Shown here: piece after piece, positions 34,201 through 45,255 of the stretch
How the letters are laid out: each line of letters starts with the position of its first letter
Numbering within the stretch: position 1 is the first letter of the stretch
Assembly: GCA_000004985.1 (NCBI GenBank)
Contig: GG738850.1
Reading direction: 5' to 3' (one strand)
From: Naegleria gruberi
Taxonomy: Eukaryota
Length of the DNA: 64,000 bases
The notes under the pieces: model-generated
The model's input: the letters and a program-made list of their open reading frames with translations, nothing else
Told to the model about the DNA's origin: nothing
Databases searched by the model: none
Translations under genes and position numbers: made by a program

Positions 34201-35153
34201 TTAATTCTAGATTGACTTCTTTGAACAGTTGATAAACGTAATGCTAATGGTTTAGGTGGTACTTTTTCAACATCAATTAAAGGTGATGATAATTGATCAA
34301 GTGTTTCTAATATTCTTTTAGCTGTTTCACTAATAGTTTTAACATTACTTGGTGATTTTTCAAAATGTTTAATACGTTTAAATGGTTGTTGTTGTTCTTG
34401 TTCATCTTTATCTTCAATAGTAGTAGTAGTAGTAGTAGATTGTTTTCTTTTAAAATTAGATGGAAATAATACTTTTTTAATTGAAGATGATTGATTATTA
34501 TTATTATTATTATTAGATGATGATGTATATTGATTAAATGTTGGTGATAATATTGTATGTTGTTGTTGTGAATGTTGAATAGATTGATTAGATTGAATAG
34601 GAGATGGTGGAAAATTAATAGAATCACTTGTTGTTGGTTGTTGTTGTTGTAATAATTGTGAATGATTAAATGATTGTCTTCTAGTTGGAATTGGTTTAAT
34701 AACATTATGTTCATCATTTAATTGTTGTTGTTGTTCAATTGTATTATTATTTTCATATTGTTGTTGTTGTAAATGATTATTATCTTCTTGATGTCTACTA
34801 GTATTATTATTATTATTATTATTTTGTAAAATATTTAATAATCTAGGAGAAGTAATAATTTTGTTAATATCATCATTTGTTAAATCAGGATATAAATGTT
34901 TAATTTCCTCAAATTGTTCACGATTATAATATTCAACACTCTTTTTAGAAAACCAACTAGTAGGAATTAATTTTTTAAAAAAGTTTGAAAAACTAGAAAA
35001 TACAGAATATTCTTCTTCTTCTTCATATTGTCTAGTAGTACTATTATCATCTTCATCTAATAATATTATAGAATCAGAGATAACATCTGAAGGATAGGGA
35101 TTATTAGTACGATAGGATTTAGTGTGTCTCCTTTCTGTACGTTGAATTGGCAT
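31278..35153 (-). CDS. FG-repeat nucleoporin (GGFKFGG / GGFNFG / FSFGG type), 1291 aa, single exon
   Basis: Dozens of FG motifs are separated by T/S-rich and charged KKSDDKKEE spacers. The C-terminal half is GLFG/SFG-like. There is a non-repetitive N-terminal domain and a basic C-terminal tail, NNRKPIRVKRR. Confidence 0.75.
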   Translation of the reverse strand: MPIQRTERRHTKSYRTNNPYPSDVISDSIILLDEDDNSTTRQYEEEEEYSVFSSFSNFFKKLIPTSWFSKKSVEYYNREQFEEIKHLYPDLTNDDINKIITSPRLLNILQNNNNNNNTSRHQEDNNHLQQQQYENNNTIEQQQQLNDEHNVIKPIPTRRQSFNHSQLLQQQQPTTSDSINFPPSPIQSNQSIQHSQQQHTILSPTFNQYTSSSNNNNNNNQSSSIKKVLFPSNFKRKQSTTTTTTIEDKDEQEQQQPFKRIKHFEKSPSNVKTISETAKRILETLDQLSSPLIDVEKVPPKPLALRLSTVQRSQSRIKQSINDMNDENDEEIPTKSMDLSNAKTTAKKDAIKSSKSTLNGKKKSTSFDISQSDETPIKRKTQSIRKDSTPYARKVQEQQQEDDEEEEEEETFEQVNREKSKLLSNVPTPAFNISSIKFDSPSLTSPFTFNNTNTTTTTTTKETTTIPTTTITITNTDKEVTQKDEDSDEEIDILSSSEDEKETTTTTTASSGGFKFSGVLSNNTNEKKDDESKTTTSSSSSMGGFNFGGVLAEKKSDDKKQDDKKEETQSFGFKFGGVLANSNIPTITTTITEKKSEESDDDDIISSSEEEEEEPKKKEITSVGGFKFSGATDKKSDDKKEESNTTTTSSSSLGGFNFASLSNNTTSLDLTSGIKFTIPTTIDDKKSDDKKEETSASSSSTTLGGFKFGGAITTSEEKKDTTTSSFGGFNFTGNTLSTTPTTTTTNKDDTKPSTTTTSNGFNFASSSTTPSSNDKDDEDTSTTTTTSVNGGFKFGGSLTSSIPSSGGYSFGGAIVKPTEDKKEESTTSSGFNFSSSSIGGGFKLTTNTTANTDTTTSEDKPTSNVGSGFKFGGASTDFTSSFALDKKEEKKEESKPSVGGYSFGGATFKIPTSTPLSSVVNDTTTDTAAPAPSSSFGGFNFTSNTNTTEKKDESNTTTTTTTTTPSFTSFGGATSSSFSFGGVTTTPSEEKKDTTLSDSTGSGSGFKFGGSSTIGSSLTGGFSFGGGNTATTTATPSSFTLGGTTNPIINTTTTTNDSIIDKSPFGNTKPDESNLTPTTLTGGFTFGGAPATTTTASTPLNTNSNGGGFAFNSSSSPPAAASQPTSNTFNFSTPLNTNSNSSSGGMGGGFSFGGGATTTPSGGGGFTFGGGAPATTAINSLGNNNSMGGGGFSFGGGNDNNTFSSQQQQQPLGTSSFSNSIPSSFGGLSTPVTPSISSPFSQASSFGLNQSSGMNMGGGSGMSNPFSAQPSSAMNAPGSNNNRKPIRVKRR

Positions 35154-37308
35154 TTTTTTTTAAATTCAGAATTTAAAATGAAAACAAAATCAAATTTATA
35201 GTTGAGGAGTTCAATGTAGTGATGTTGTGTTGTTGGCGTGGAATTGGAGAGATGAAGTTAATATTTATTGAAGGATATATGTTGTGTTGTTGGTTTTGCA
35301 ACTTTTTTTTAGATTTCAAATTGAACAACAAGAATAGAGTGTGTATCAATATGAATGTGTTTCGTTTTGAAGAATTCCTTTTAAAAGAATTTATCATCAT
35401 TGCTGAGGATAAAAGAAAATAATTGGAATACTTAATTCAAATATTAACATGTAGGAAAGAAGAAGAAGCCAATTAGAGATATTGTTGATAACATATGAAA
35501 CCAAACTTGGCGAAGAACTTCGTTACAAGATTTTGAATTGTCAACTCAAAGCAAATAATGGTTGGTAAACCGTTCAACAACTTAAAAGAAAGGCAACCTT
35601 ACTGTAAGTCTTACTGATCATCTTCAACAAAAGGATCATGTTTTAGATATTGAAAACATTGTTGCAATTGATTTAAAGAATGTCGTCAGATAATGAAGTT
35701 ATAGTAAGGAAAAATCTGATTTGCCTTAATTGAAATAGGAAGCAATGATGGAAAAACTCAAAAGCATGAATTGATTGTATTCCCAATCAGATACGCTGCC
35801 TGACACAGCTTATTCATTGGACGGTAATAACAAGCTGTAATTGTAAACACTCACCGAAGATTGTTATATTACAGTATCTTACTTAATACACGAAAACGAT
35901 AATCAAAAGCGATGATAACGCAATAAACCAGAATCTTCTTGTTATTATAAATGTTACCTATATATCATAGGATCACATTATATTTTACCATTACATGGAA
36001 TAGATGCGCTGTTTGTAGTGCAGCAAGTTGTTGTTTTGTTGGAATCGGATAGACATGAATGACCGGTCAATTTTGATGCTATTGATTAATCAAGTTCCTA
36101 CAATTATGATTACAAGGAAGGCTGGGATAGATAGTGTAAGTGTAACTCTTTCGAAACATAACAAATACGCAAATAATTCATACAAATAGTTACATATTGA
36201 TTACCTAGCCATTCATTGAAAACCAATACATATCTGCAGTTTAGATTGAACTATCTAAAATTACATTCAAAGTGAAAATAGAAAATACCAACAAAATGGA
36301 AGACACTCGCATTGCTTCTTCCTACTTAACACGGACCTAGCACCGCGCTTTTATTAACATATTGTTATCACTTACAATATCCATTTGAGTAGTTAGTGGA
36401 TGAATATCCTATTTTCACCAGTTTACAAAGTATGTTGAGTGCAACACTATATGCTATATTTTTCGCTTATCATAATATCACATACATAACGTGTTATATA
36501 CATACAAGTGGCAAGTGGAATTGGCTTTGATGATGTTGATAAATTTGATTATTTTGCAAGGAAAACATGCTTGTTTGCATTAGGTTTTCAATAATATGAT
36601 ATAATACAATACAATTCATTTATTTGATATGAGAGAGGCTTTTAATTTGTTTCAAATGTTTTCCACTTTAGATTTAGTCTCAAACAAATTTATTCACACA
36701 ATAATTATTTTGAAATATCTAAAACTTTGAGAATTGAATTGTTGATAAGATTAATGAAAAAGTTTGTTGGGAGATTGATGTCAAGGATCACAAAATTATC
36801 TTTGGTGTTAACTAGAAAAAATATTGTTCTATGAAGGAGACAAAATTCAAAGTGTTTCACTTGAAGACATATGTGAAATTATGAAACCCAAAGGCACAAT
36901 TTAAATATCATTCAGATTCTTTTCAAAGAAATCAGAAACAGACTTGGAAGAATTGAGTAGAAAATTGGAGGCAGAACTGAAACAAACTTCACACAACAAT
37001 TCAAAGTTTAGTTCAATTCAAAGCAAAGAAACAATCAACAAAGAAATCAAGTTCTTCAACCAATTCCCAAACAAGAAAACAAGTTAACACTGACAATGTA
37101 ATTGAATTCGACTTGAGCGATAGGGAAGAAGATGCACAATCAGAAGTGAATCATGACTTATTTGAAGAATACGCTCCTAACCAATAAACTCTATCTTTAT
37201 GATAGATATCATTCCATCGAATATCTAATTGAAAAAAGAAGAAATAACATTCTTCCATCATTAGTATCAATATGTAAATTCAATTTAATTATTGCACTTT
37301 GAAAAAAA

Positions 37309-39727
37309 ATGTCTTCTTCACCACCATCAGAGACTATTGATGATGATGGTGATGTAATTCATCATCCATCCAATGATAATGTACAACAATCATCATCGGA
37401 TGATAATAATATTAATACATTGGATAATAATATTGATAACAATAACAATACATTAGATAATAATAGTATTGATAATAATATTGATAATAATAATAATAAT
37501 AAAAAAGAAATTAAATTAGAAGATTTATTAACAGAAGAAGAAATAGAAATAGCATCTAAAGTATTAGAAAAATTATCATTTCATTCATATTTATTAACAA
37601 ATCCTAAATTATCAAATTTAATATTATCAGGTTCTTTAGTTTTTAAAAGAAAAATTACAAAAGAAGAACAAGTTGAAATGAAAAGAGAACAACGTAAAAA
37701 AATTAAAGAAAAAGTTAAAAATCATGATACAAATATTTTAAATGGAACTTGTATGTATACTTTAATTTTATTTAATATTTAATTTTAATTTAATTTATTT
37801 AATATTTATTTAATTAATATTTAATATATTTTATTAAATAAATATAGTAATGAAACAAAAGAAAATGAATGAAGTACATTTTTTAAAACAACAAATTAGA
37901 ATGATACCAAATGCACCTAATAGTGAAGTACCATCTTTAACATTAGAAGAAGAAGAAGTAATTATTGAATCTATACCATATGATGAATCATTACATTCAC
38001 ATTTAGATAATAATCCAATTACAAGTCCAAATATTATTATTATTAATAATAATAATAATACAAATGATAGTAATGATAATTCAAATAATTCCAATGATAA
38101 TAATAATAATAATAATACTACATCTGATAATAGTACTACTACTACGACATCCAATTCTAATTCTAATAATTCTTCTAATAATTCCAATTCTAATAATAAT
38201 AGATTAAAAAAAGCCATTAGATGTTATATATGTCATGAAAAAACAAATCAAATTCATGAATTTTATCATAAAATGTGTTGTAAATGTGGAGAATATAATT
38301 TAGAAAAGAGATATCAACAAGTAGATTTATCTAATAAAATATGTCTAGTAACAGGTGGACGTATTAAAATAGGATATTATACAGCACTTAAATTATTAAG
38401 ATCTAATGCTGAAATGGTAATAGTAACAAGTAGATTTCCTAAAGATACATCTATTAGATATTCTAATGAACCTGATTTTAATATATGGAAAGATAAATTA
38501 AAAATTTATGGTATTGATTTTAAACATATTCCATCTGTTATTAAATTTACTGAACATTTATTAAATATTTTACCTAGATTAGATATTTTAATTAATTGTG
38601 CTGCTCAAACTATTAGAAAACCAACTGCTTATTATGAACATGTTGCTAGATTTGAATTAACTACTTCTTTACAAGATTTATCTCAAAATGAAAGAAATTT
38701 ATTACCTTTAGATTTTAATATGGAAATTAATCATGAACAAGAATTAATTGCATTAAAAATGTTATCTTCAATGAATGTTAATAATAATAATATGAATATG
38801 AATCAATTGACTAGTAGTAATGATAATGATAATAAGAGTAATGATGATAATAATAAGAGTGATAAGAATGATAATAATAACAAGACTCAATCATCAGAAC
38901 ATATCAATAATGATAATACAAATGAAATACATTTATCTAATAATACAGAAGAATCAAGACTATTATTAAATAATACTAGTAATAATAAGAATGAAATTAA
39001 ATATTCAAGTATATTAGATCCTATTAATATAAGTACAAGTAGTTTAATATGTCAAATACCAATATTAGATGAAGATAAAAGTTATAATGAACAATCATTT
39101 CCACGTGATATTTATGATGTTAATCAAAATCAAGCAGATTTTAGATCAACAAATTCATGGATTGCTACTTTACAAGATGTACCTGTTTTTGAAATGTTAG
39201 AAGTACAAACTATTAATGTTACTGCTCCTTTCATTTTAACTTCAAAATTAAAACCTTTATTAATTAAAGGTTCTTTATATTCACATTATTTATTAAATAA
39301 TAATTTAAATGAAAATATAAATGAAAATATTAATATAAATAATTTAAATAATAATTTAAATAATAATATTAAAAAAGGAATGAGTTTTATTGTAAATGTA
39401 TCATCAATGGAAGGACAATTTTATCGTAGATCTAAAGGAGTAACACATCCACATTTAAATATGGCAAAAGCAAGTTTAAATATGATGACAAGAACAAGTG
39501 CATCTGATTATGCACGTGATAATATTTACATGACAAGTGTTGATACTGGTTGGAATAATGATGAAAATCCATTAACTGATTTGGATAATATTTCACAAAC
39601 TTATTTTTGTCCTCTAGATGAAATTGATGGTGCTGCTAGAATTTTAGATCCAATTTATCAAGCAATTACAGGTAAACAATTATATTTTGGTGTTTTTTTA
39701 AAGAATTATGAACCATTTAGATGGTAA
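37309..39727 (+). CDS. Short-chain dehydrogenase/reductase (SDR) family protein with an N/D-rich N-terminus, a C4 zinc ribbon and large N-rich insertions. 2 exons: 37309..37750, 37848..39727.
   Basis: Donor GTATGT at 37751 and acceptor TATAG ending 37847 join ...ILNGT-L-MKQKK. Motifs: CYICHEK...CCKCG, NAD(P)-binding ICLVTGGRIKIGYYTA, catalytic NVSSMEG and YRRSK (YxxxK). Confidence 0.6.
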
Positions 39728-40698
39728 ATAAATTTATTACAAAATTATTTCTTTCTAGATCTTTATGTTTGGGTAAATTTAAATTTAGTATATATTTGAA
39801 AATAAATGTTTAAGGTAATGTGAATCCTTAATAACTTGATAACTGTTTTTCAATTAACTGGTTCATGTGATTCTAATAAAGGGAATACTCTAATTATGTG
39901 ATCATTCATTGTATAATTGATAATGATCAATGATGTTCAAGTATCAATTCTGTCCTCCCCTCATAATTCCTCCTTTATTCTAGTTTAACTTTCTTGTTGA
40001 TAGCAAAGGAAGGAAGAAGAAAATACCCAACATTTGTATCTTATCAAAATAAATGTATTAGTGCAAGGATTTCTTTTTTTAATCTATTACCTTCTTATAC
40101 CCCCATTTTAAAACAGCATCTAATTTAGATGACTTGTAACGATGTGATGGAACAATCCACATTTATTTTTTATCCTTAATTATACATCATTGTAAAATTG
40201 TTTTGACTTGTGTTTTATTAAGAGACAAAATATAAGATGACTTTTTACTCCTTAATAGTTTCATATTTTCTTTCGTGCATATGTATACAATGTGTTGTTA
40301 TTCTTGTTGTGGTTATATCAGTTCATTAAAATGGATTGTCCACGCACTCCATAGCAAGCAATGGATTCAATGATTAATTACTTTGGATTCTCTGGATGTG
40401 CTGAGCACTGTTGTCCATACTCCGTCAACAAGAACACTACTTGACTACCCATTAATTGTGATCAAGAGGAGAGCAGTGTTCAGTGAAAAAACAGTTCTTG
40501 ATCCCAACGCTCAGATGCGTTGTTTCAGACTTTAAAAAAACCATTCTTTAACAATCTCCGTTATATCTGGATTTGAGATTGCCTCTGAGCGGCACAGAAA
40601 TACCAAACAATAGTTGAGAAACAGAAGCAAAAAAAAGCTTAAACTTTAATTTCTCCAATTACTGAATAATATCATCACACACTAGTCCACAACTTAAA

Positions 40699-42312
40699 AT
40701 GACAATTAGCAAAAATCAAAGAGTTGTGATGAATCTGAACCAACAATCATCTCACATTCATCAAGCCTTCAGTACATCACATCCACCACCAGTATGCAAT
40801 ACATCCTCTTGTTTTACTGCTTCTACTACTACTCTAAAAAAGAATATGAATAAGATCATATCTTCATCAACAACTAATAATCATTCTAACCATACATCAT
40901 CATCATTGTCATTCACTAAACCACATACATGTAATAATTCAAAGTTAACTCATCCCAATGTTCAGGTCAATACTCAAACTTTCAGCTCCTCAATCTCCTC
41001 CTCCACCAACAACACCAACAACAACACCAATACACAACAACAACAACAACATGTAACTCAATCCAATCATCCTCATCCACAACAACAAGGCTTTTGTTTA
41101 ATATTAGATACACAATCAACAAGTATACACTCCAATAACTCACTTCAAATGCACTTTAGATGTAAGAAGAGTTACAAGGATTACACTTTGGATGACATTT
41201 CCCAATATTTTCATTTACCTATTAAGGAAGTTGCTTCTTCATTGAATGTTAGTGTTACATTTTTAAAGAAGGTTTGCAGGTATGTCTTTATATTGATATT
41301 AATATTGATATTGTATATTAACATGCATGTAAATAGACGATTGAATATAAGTAGATGGCCCTATAGAAAAGTAACATCACTTCATAAGAAAATATCAGAT
41401 ATTAAGCAAACAAATATTACATTATCAAAAAATAATACTATTATCAATAATAATAATACCATTGACAATATCAATGATAACAGTACAAGTGTTATTATCA
41501 CAACTGGTGATGATCAAAATAACAAAATGATTATAGTTAATGAAGAGATTTCATTGAGTTCATTCTCATCAACCACACCTCATTCAAATATAATTACATC
41601 AAGTATTGAATCATCTACATTACAACATGCTATAAACAAGTGTAATCCTTGTCCAATTATCAATACTACTAATAGAGTCTGTGATTATCATCATGATCTA
41701 GCTGTTGGTGATTCAAATGAGAATCATCTTGAGAATCATTCGACGTCAACAACATGCTGTAGTCACAATAAGGAAAATAATATGCATCCAATTCCATCAA
41801 TGTATTCAAACGACATTAAGAATCCTTCATCAGAATCCTCAACAACTCTTTACAATACTACTCCAACTTTTAATACAACAACATCATCCTCCTCTTGGAA
41901 TACTTCATCTACAGTTAATACTACTACCACTGCCACTACAATGAATACTATTCAATATAATAGTCCTCAATCCAATTGTCAATATAATTCATTCCATTCT
42001 TTACCTTTCACAATAATAGCTCCAAAACGTTATACTTTTGATTCATACAATTGTTTTAATTGTAATACTTTTAATACTACTGAGAAGGAATGTAATGAAA
42101 CGAGAAGAAGTAGTATTGATTCAATAATTGAAAGAAGAAGTAGTATTGATCAAGTTGAATTATCTTCTTCAAATTATAATAGTAGTTTTGAAAAGAATAG
42201 TGTAAATACTTCATATAGTGATGAATCAAAGAATGTATATAGAGATTTAACCACAAGAGAAGTTATTTATTTACCTTCATTTAATGATTTTTGTAAACAA
42301 GCTGGTTTATAA
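40699..42312 (+). CDS. RWP-RK domain transcription factor, 2 exons: 40699..41279, 41337..42312
   Basis: A 57-nt intron (GTATGT at 41280, AATAG ending 41336) restores LNVSVTFLKKVCR-R-RLNISRWPYRKV, the RWP-RK consensus. The flanks are S/T/N/Q-rich. About 1 kb of ORF-free upstream leader precedes it. Confidence 0.75.
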   Translation: MTISKNQRVVMNLNQQSSHIHQAFSTSHPPPVCNTSSCFTASTTTLKKNMNKIISSSTTNNHSNHTSSSLSFTKPHTCNNSKLTHPNVQVNTQTFSSSISSSTNNTNNNTNTQQQQQHVTQSNHPHPQQQGFCLILDTQSTSIHSNNSLQMHFRCKKSYKDYTLDDISQYFHLPIKEVASSLNVSVTFLKKVCRYVFILILILILYINMHVNRRLNISRWPYRKVTSLHKKISDIKQTNITLSKNNTIINNNNTIDNINDNSTSVIITTGDDQNNKMIIVNEEISLSSFSSTTPHSNIITSSIESSTLQHAINKCNPCPIINTTNRVCDYHHDLAVGDSNENHLENHSTSTTCCSHNKENNMHPIPSMYSNDIKNPSSESSTTLYNTTPTFNTTTSSSSWNTSSTVNTTTTATTMNTIQYNSPQSNCQYNSFHSLPFTIIAPKRYTFDSYNCFNCNTFNTTEKECNETRRSSIDSIIERRSSIDQVELSSSNYNSSFEKNSVNTSYSDESKNVYRDLTTREVIYLPSFNDFCKQAGL

Positions 42313-42658
42313 TAAATAGCTTTTTCAAAATACTATGATAATAATTCAAACATGTAATGATAAAACATGAATCGTGACAATTGTATGATAATGTAATTAC
42401 ATGTCAACTTACATGTTGTGTATTAACATTCAATGAACATATGAGGATAAGAAAATATCTTTTAATGAACAATAAGTTTGAATTCAAAGTTGAGTTCAAT
42501 ACGAGGAAATGTTAATCTCAATCACTAAGATATTGCCCCTCCATGTCCTCTATTCATCTCCTCTCTTTATTACCATATAAATTTTATTCCTTTTTTTCTT
42601 CCTCCCTTAATATTATTATTACTTTCAATTACAATTATAATTGAATGAAAAATTTGAA

Positions 42659-44234
42659 TTAAAATTTATTATTACTAATAAAAGTATCAAAATTATTTAA
42701 CATTTCTTCCTTTTCTGGCCAAGTTAAAAATGAATATTCAAATCCATTTCTAATCATTTTAATAATTTCATCATTTGTAAAATTAAATAAATTTTGAATT
42801 CTAAATAATTCTTCTGAAAGTGTAATATTACTCATTAATGTATTATCAGTACATATACAAACTATTATATATTAAATATTAAAATAAATATTAAATATAT
42901 TAAATTAAATATTAAATATTTTACAATAAATATTAAATATATAAATAAACATACCAGGTATACCAAATTTAAAATATAAAGGTAAAGGATGTTCCTTATA
43001 AGAATTAACAGCCTTTGTTTGATAATTTGAAGTAACACAAATTTCCAATGCAATTTTACAATCTCTCACATATTTTAATAAATTTTCATCTTGAAATAAT
43101 CTTGTACCATGTCCAATTCTTTGTACTCCACAATTTATAATTGAATCATGTATATAATTGGAATCAGTTGCTTCACCTGCATGACATGTTGATTTTAAAT
43201 AATTCTATTATTATATATATTAAATATAATAAATATATTATTGTAAAGTATATTAAATATATTATTAAATATTAAATATATATTATTAAAAATTAAACAT
43301 ACTTGATGTATTAATTGATAAGATTTTAAATGTAAATTAGCAGGATAATTTAATTCTCTTGAAGCTAAATCAAAAGCAACAACTTTATGATTTTGAAATT
43401 TAATTGCAACTTGTGCCATTTCATAAACAATTTGTGGATCTAAATCTCTTAATCCAGAAACTATTAATCTACATTTAAATCCATTTAATTCTTTTTCTGC
43501 TAAATTTATACCATTAATTACATATTCCATTACTTGTGTTAATGTTAATCCTAATTTAGTATGTAATATTGATGCAAATCTTATTTCTAAATATAGTATA
43601 CCATCTTTATAGGCATCTTCACATACTTCATAAACTACTCTTTCAATTGAATCTATTTAATAATATTTATATATATTTAATAATATATTTAAATAATGAT
43701 AATACATACATTGATCCTATATATAGTAATATTAAATAATTAAATATAATTAAATAATTAAAACATACTTGTAATAAAGGAATTGTATGTGAAAATGCTT
43801 GTAAATATTGTTAAAGCCTTTTTTAATTCATTAATTTCTAAAGATGGAAGTGAAATATTATTTCTTTTAGCCAAATCAATCATTGTTTCAATCTATTTTA
43901 TTGTAATGATAATGATAATAATGTTAAACATACTCTTAAACTACCATCTAAATGTCTATGAAGTTCTGCTTTTGGAATTTTCTAATTATTAAATATTTAA
44001 ATATTAAAAATATTAATAATTAAATGATGATGATATTTAACATACAATTAATTGTTCCATTGTAAATGGTTGATAATTAATTAATTGAGTATGATATTCA
44101 TCATGTTGATGTTGATTCAATCCGATATTCAATACATTATTATTATGTTTAATAATATTACTACTATTTAATGTTCTTATTGATGATATTGTTGATGATG
44201 TTGTTGATTTAATAATATTTTTTAATTGTTTCAT
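42659..44234 (-). CDS. ADA: Adenosine deaminase (ADA family), at least 6 exons with 60-100 nt extremely AT-rich introns. Boundaries approximate.
   Basis: Exon 1 is 44234..44046 (ATG, donor GTATGT). Exon 2 is 43981..43934, KIPKAELHRHLDGSLR (metal-binding HxHxDGS). Further exons encode IETMIDLAKRNNISLP, ...CRLIVSGLRDLD...VVAFDLAS, HAGEATDS...GVQRIGHG, and ...LPLYFKFGIPVCICTDN. Stop is near 42659. Confidence 0.7.
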
Positions 44235-44448
44235 TTTTTTTCAATTAATTTTTATTTAAAAAAAACGTCATCTTTTTGACATTTCTAATAGTATTTGAAA
44301 AAATGGAGGTAGGATGATAACCATGGTTGAGGTTATAAATCCATTTAAATTAAAATATTTAATAATAATCATATAACATAATAATAGAATAATAAAATTA
44401 AAAAGGCTTTTAAATTTTTTATTGTAATTTTTTAGCGCTGAAAAAAAA

Positions 44449-45181
44449 ATGAACTCACTTTTACGTTCCTCGTTAAAGACAACTTCATCATGTCTTCAAC
44501 GTTCTTCTTTTATGAAGACTATGGTTTTCCCGAATATTTCTCATCAAATGTCTTTTTATCATAATAATATTAGTTTATTTAACCAATCAAAACAAGGAAT
44601 TAAAATTGGTGGAGAAGAAATTAATACACAAGCAACAATAACTGAGGAGGAACAACCAATTGTTGAACAAGCTGAAGAAACAACAACAACATGATGAATT
44701 CACTAGTTCTGGACCAGTACGTCTCAGCAATGTTGTTGGTGGAGAAAGTGATCCAAAATTTGAAACATATTCTGCTCCAAGTTTTACAAATCTTCCAATG
44801 GATCAAGTTAGAGAATTAAAATTCGCTGTTGTTCAAATTGGAGGTCATCAATATAAGGTTACTAATGGAGATAGAATTACAGTCAATAGAATTCCAGTTG
44901 AAGTCGGAACACAAATTAACTTGAACAAGATTTTACTTTTAGGTGGTAAGGACTTTACAGCTGTTGGAAGACCAATTGTTGGAAATGCATCAGTTTTAGC
45001 TACAGTTGAACAACATACAAGAGCAGCTTATACTATTGCATTCAAGAAGAGAAGAAGGAAAAATTCTAAACGATTCAAGGGTCATCAACAACAAATATCA
45101 ACTCTTCGTATCGATGATGTTCAACTTGTTGATATTGAATCAGCAAAGAATGCTGAACTTAAGGTTGTTTGTTACGAGTAA
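44449..45181 (+). CDS. MRPL21: Mitochondrial ribosomal protein bL21m. A presequence ORF (44449..44694) lies in the -1 frame relative to the L21 domain ORF (44642..45181).
   Basis: L21 core is FAVVQIGGHQYKVTNGDRITVNRIPVEVGTQINLNKILLLGG...AFKKRRRKNSKRFKGHQ. The upstream ORF, MNSLLRSSLKTTSSCLQRSSFMKTMVF..., has the composition of a mitochondrial targeting peptide. The frames overlap at a GAAGAAACAACAACAACATGA repeat. No GT-AG intron of compatible phase exists there. Confidence 0.65.
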
Positions 45182-45255
45182 ATTACACACACATATCTAC
45201 ACATTTATTGAAAAACTTTAAAAATCATAAAAAACGTTTTTGGATGATTCAAAAT

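Noticed and set aside
44718-44745. GTACGT...AG as a possible intron joining the bL21m frames
   Set aside because: It is only 11-28 nt, far below the roughly 43-nt minimum seen in this window, and it lies after the stop of the presequence frame.
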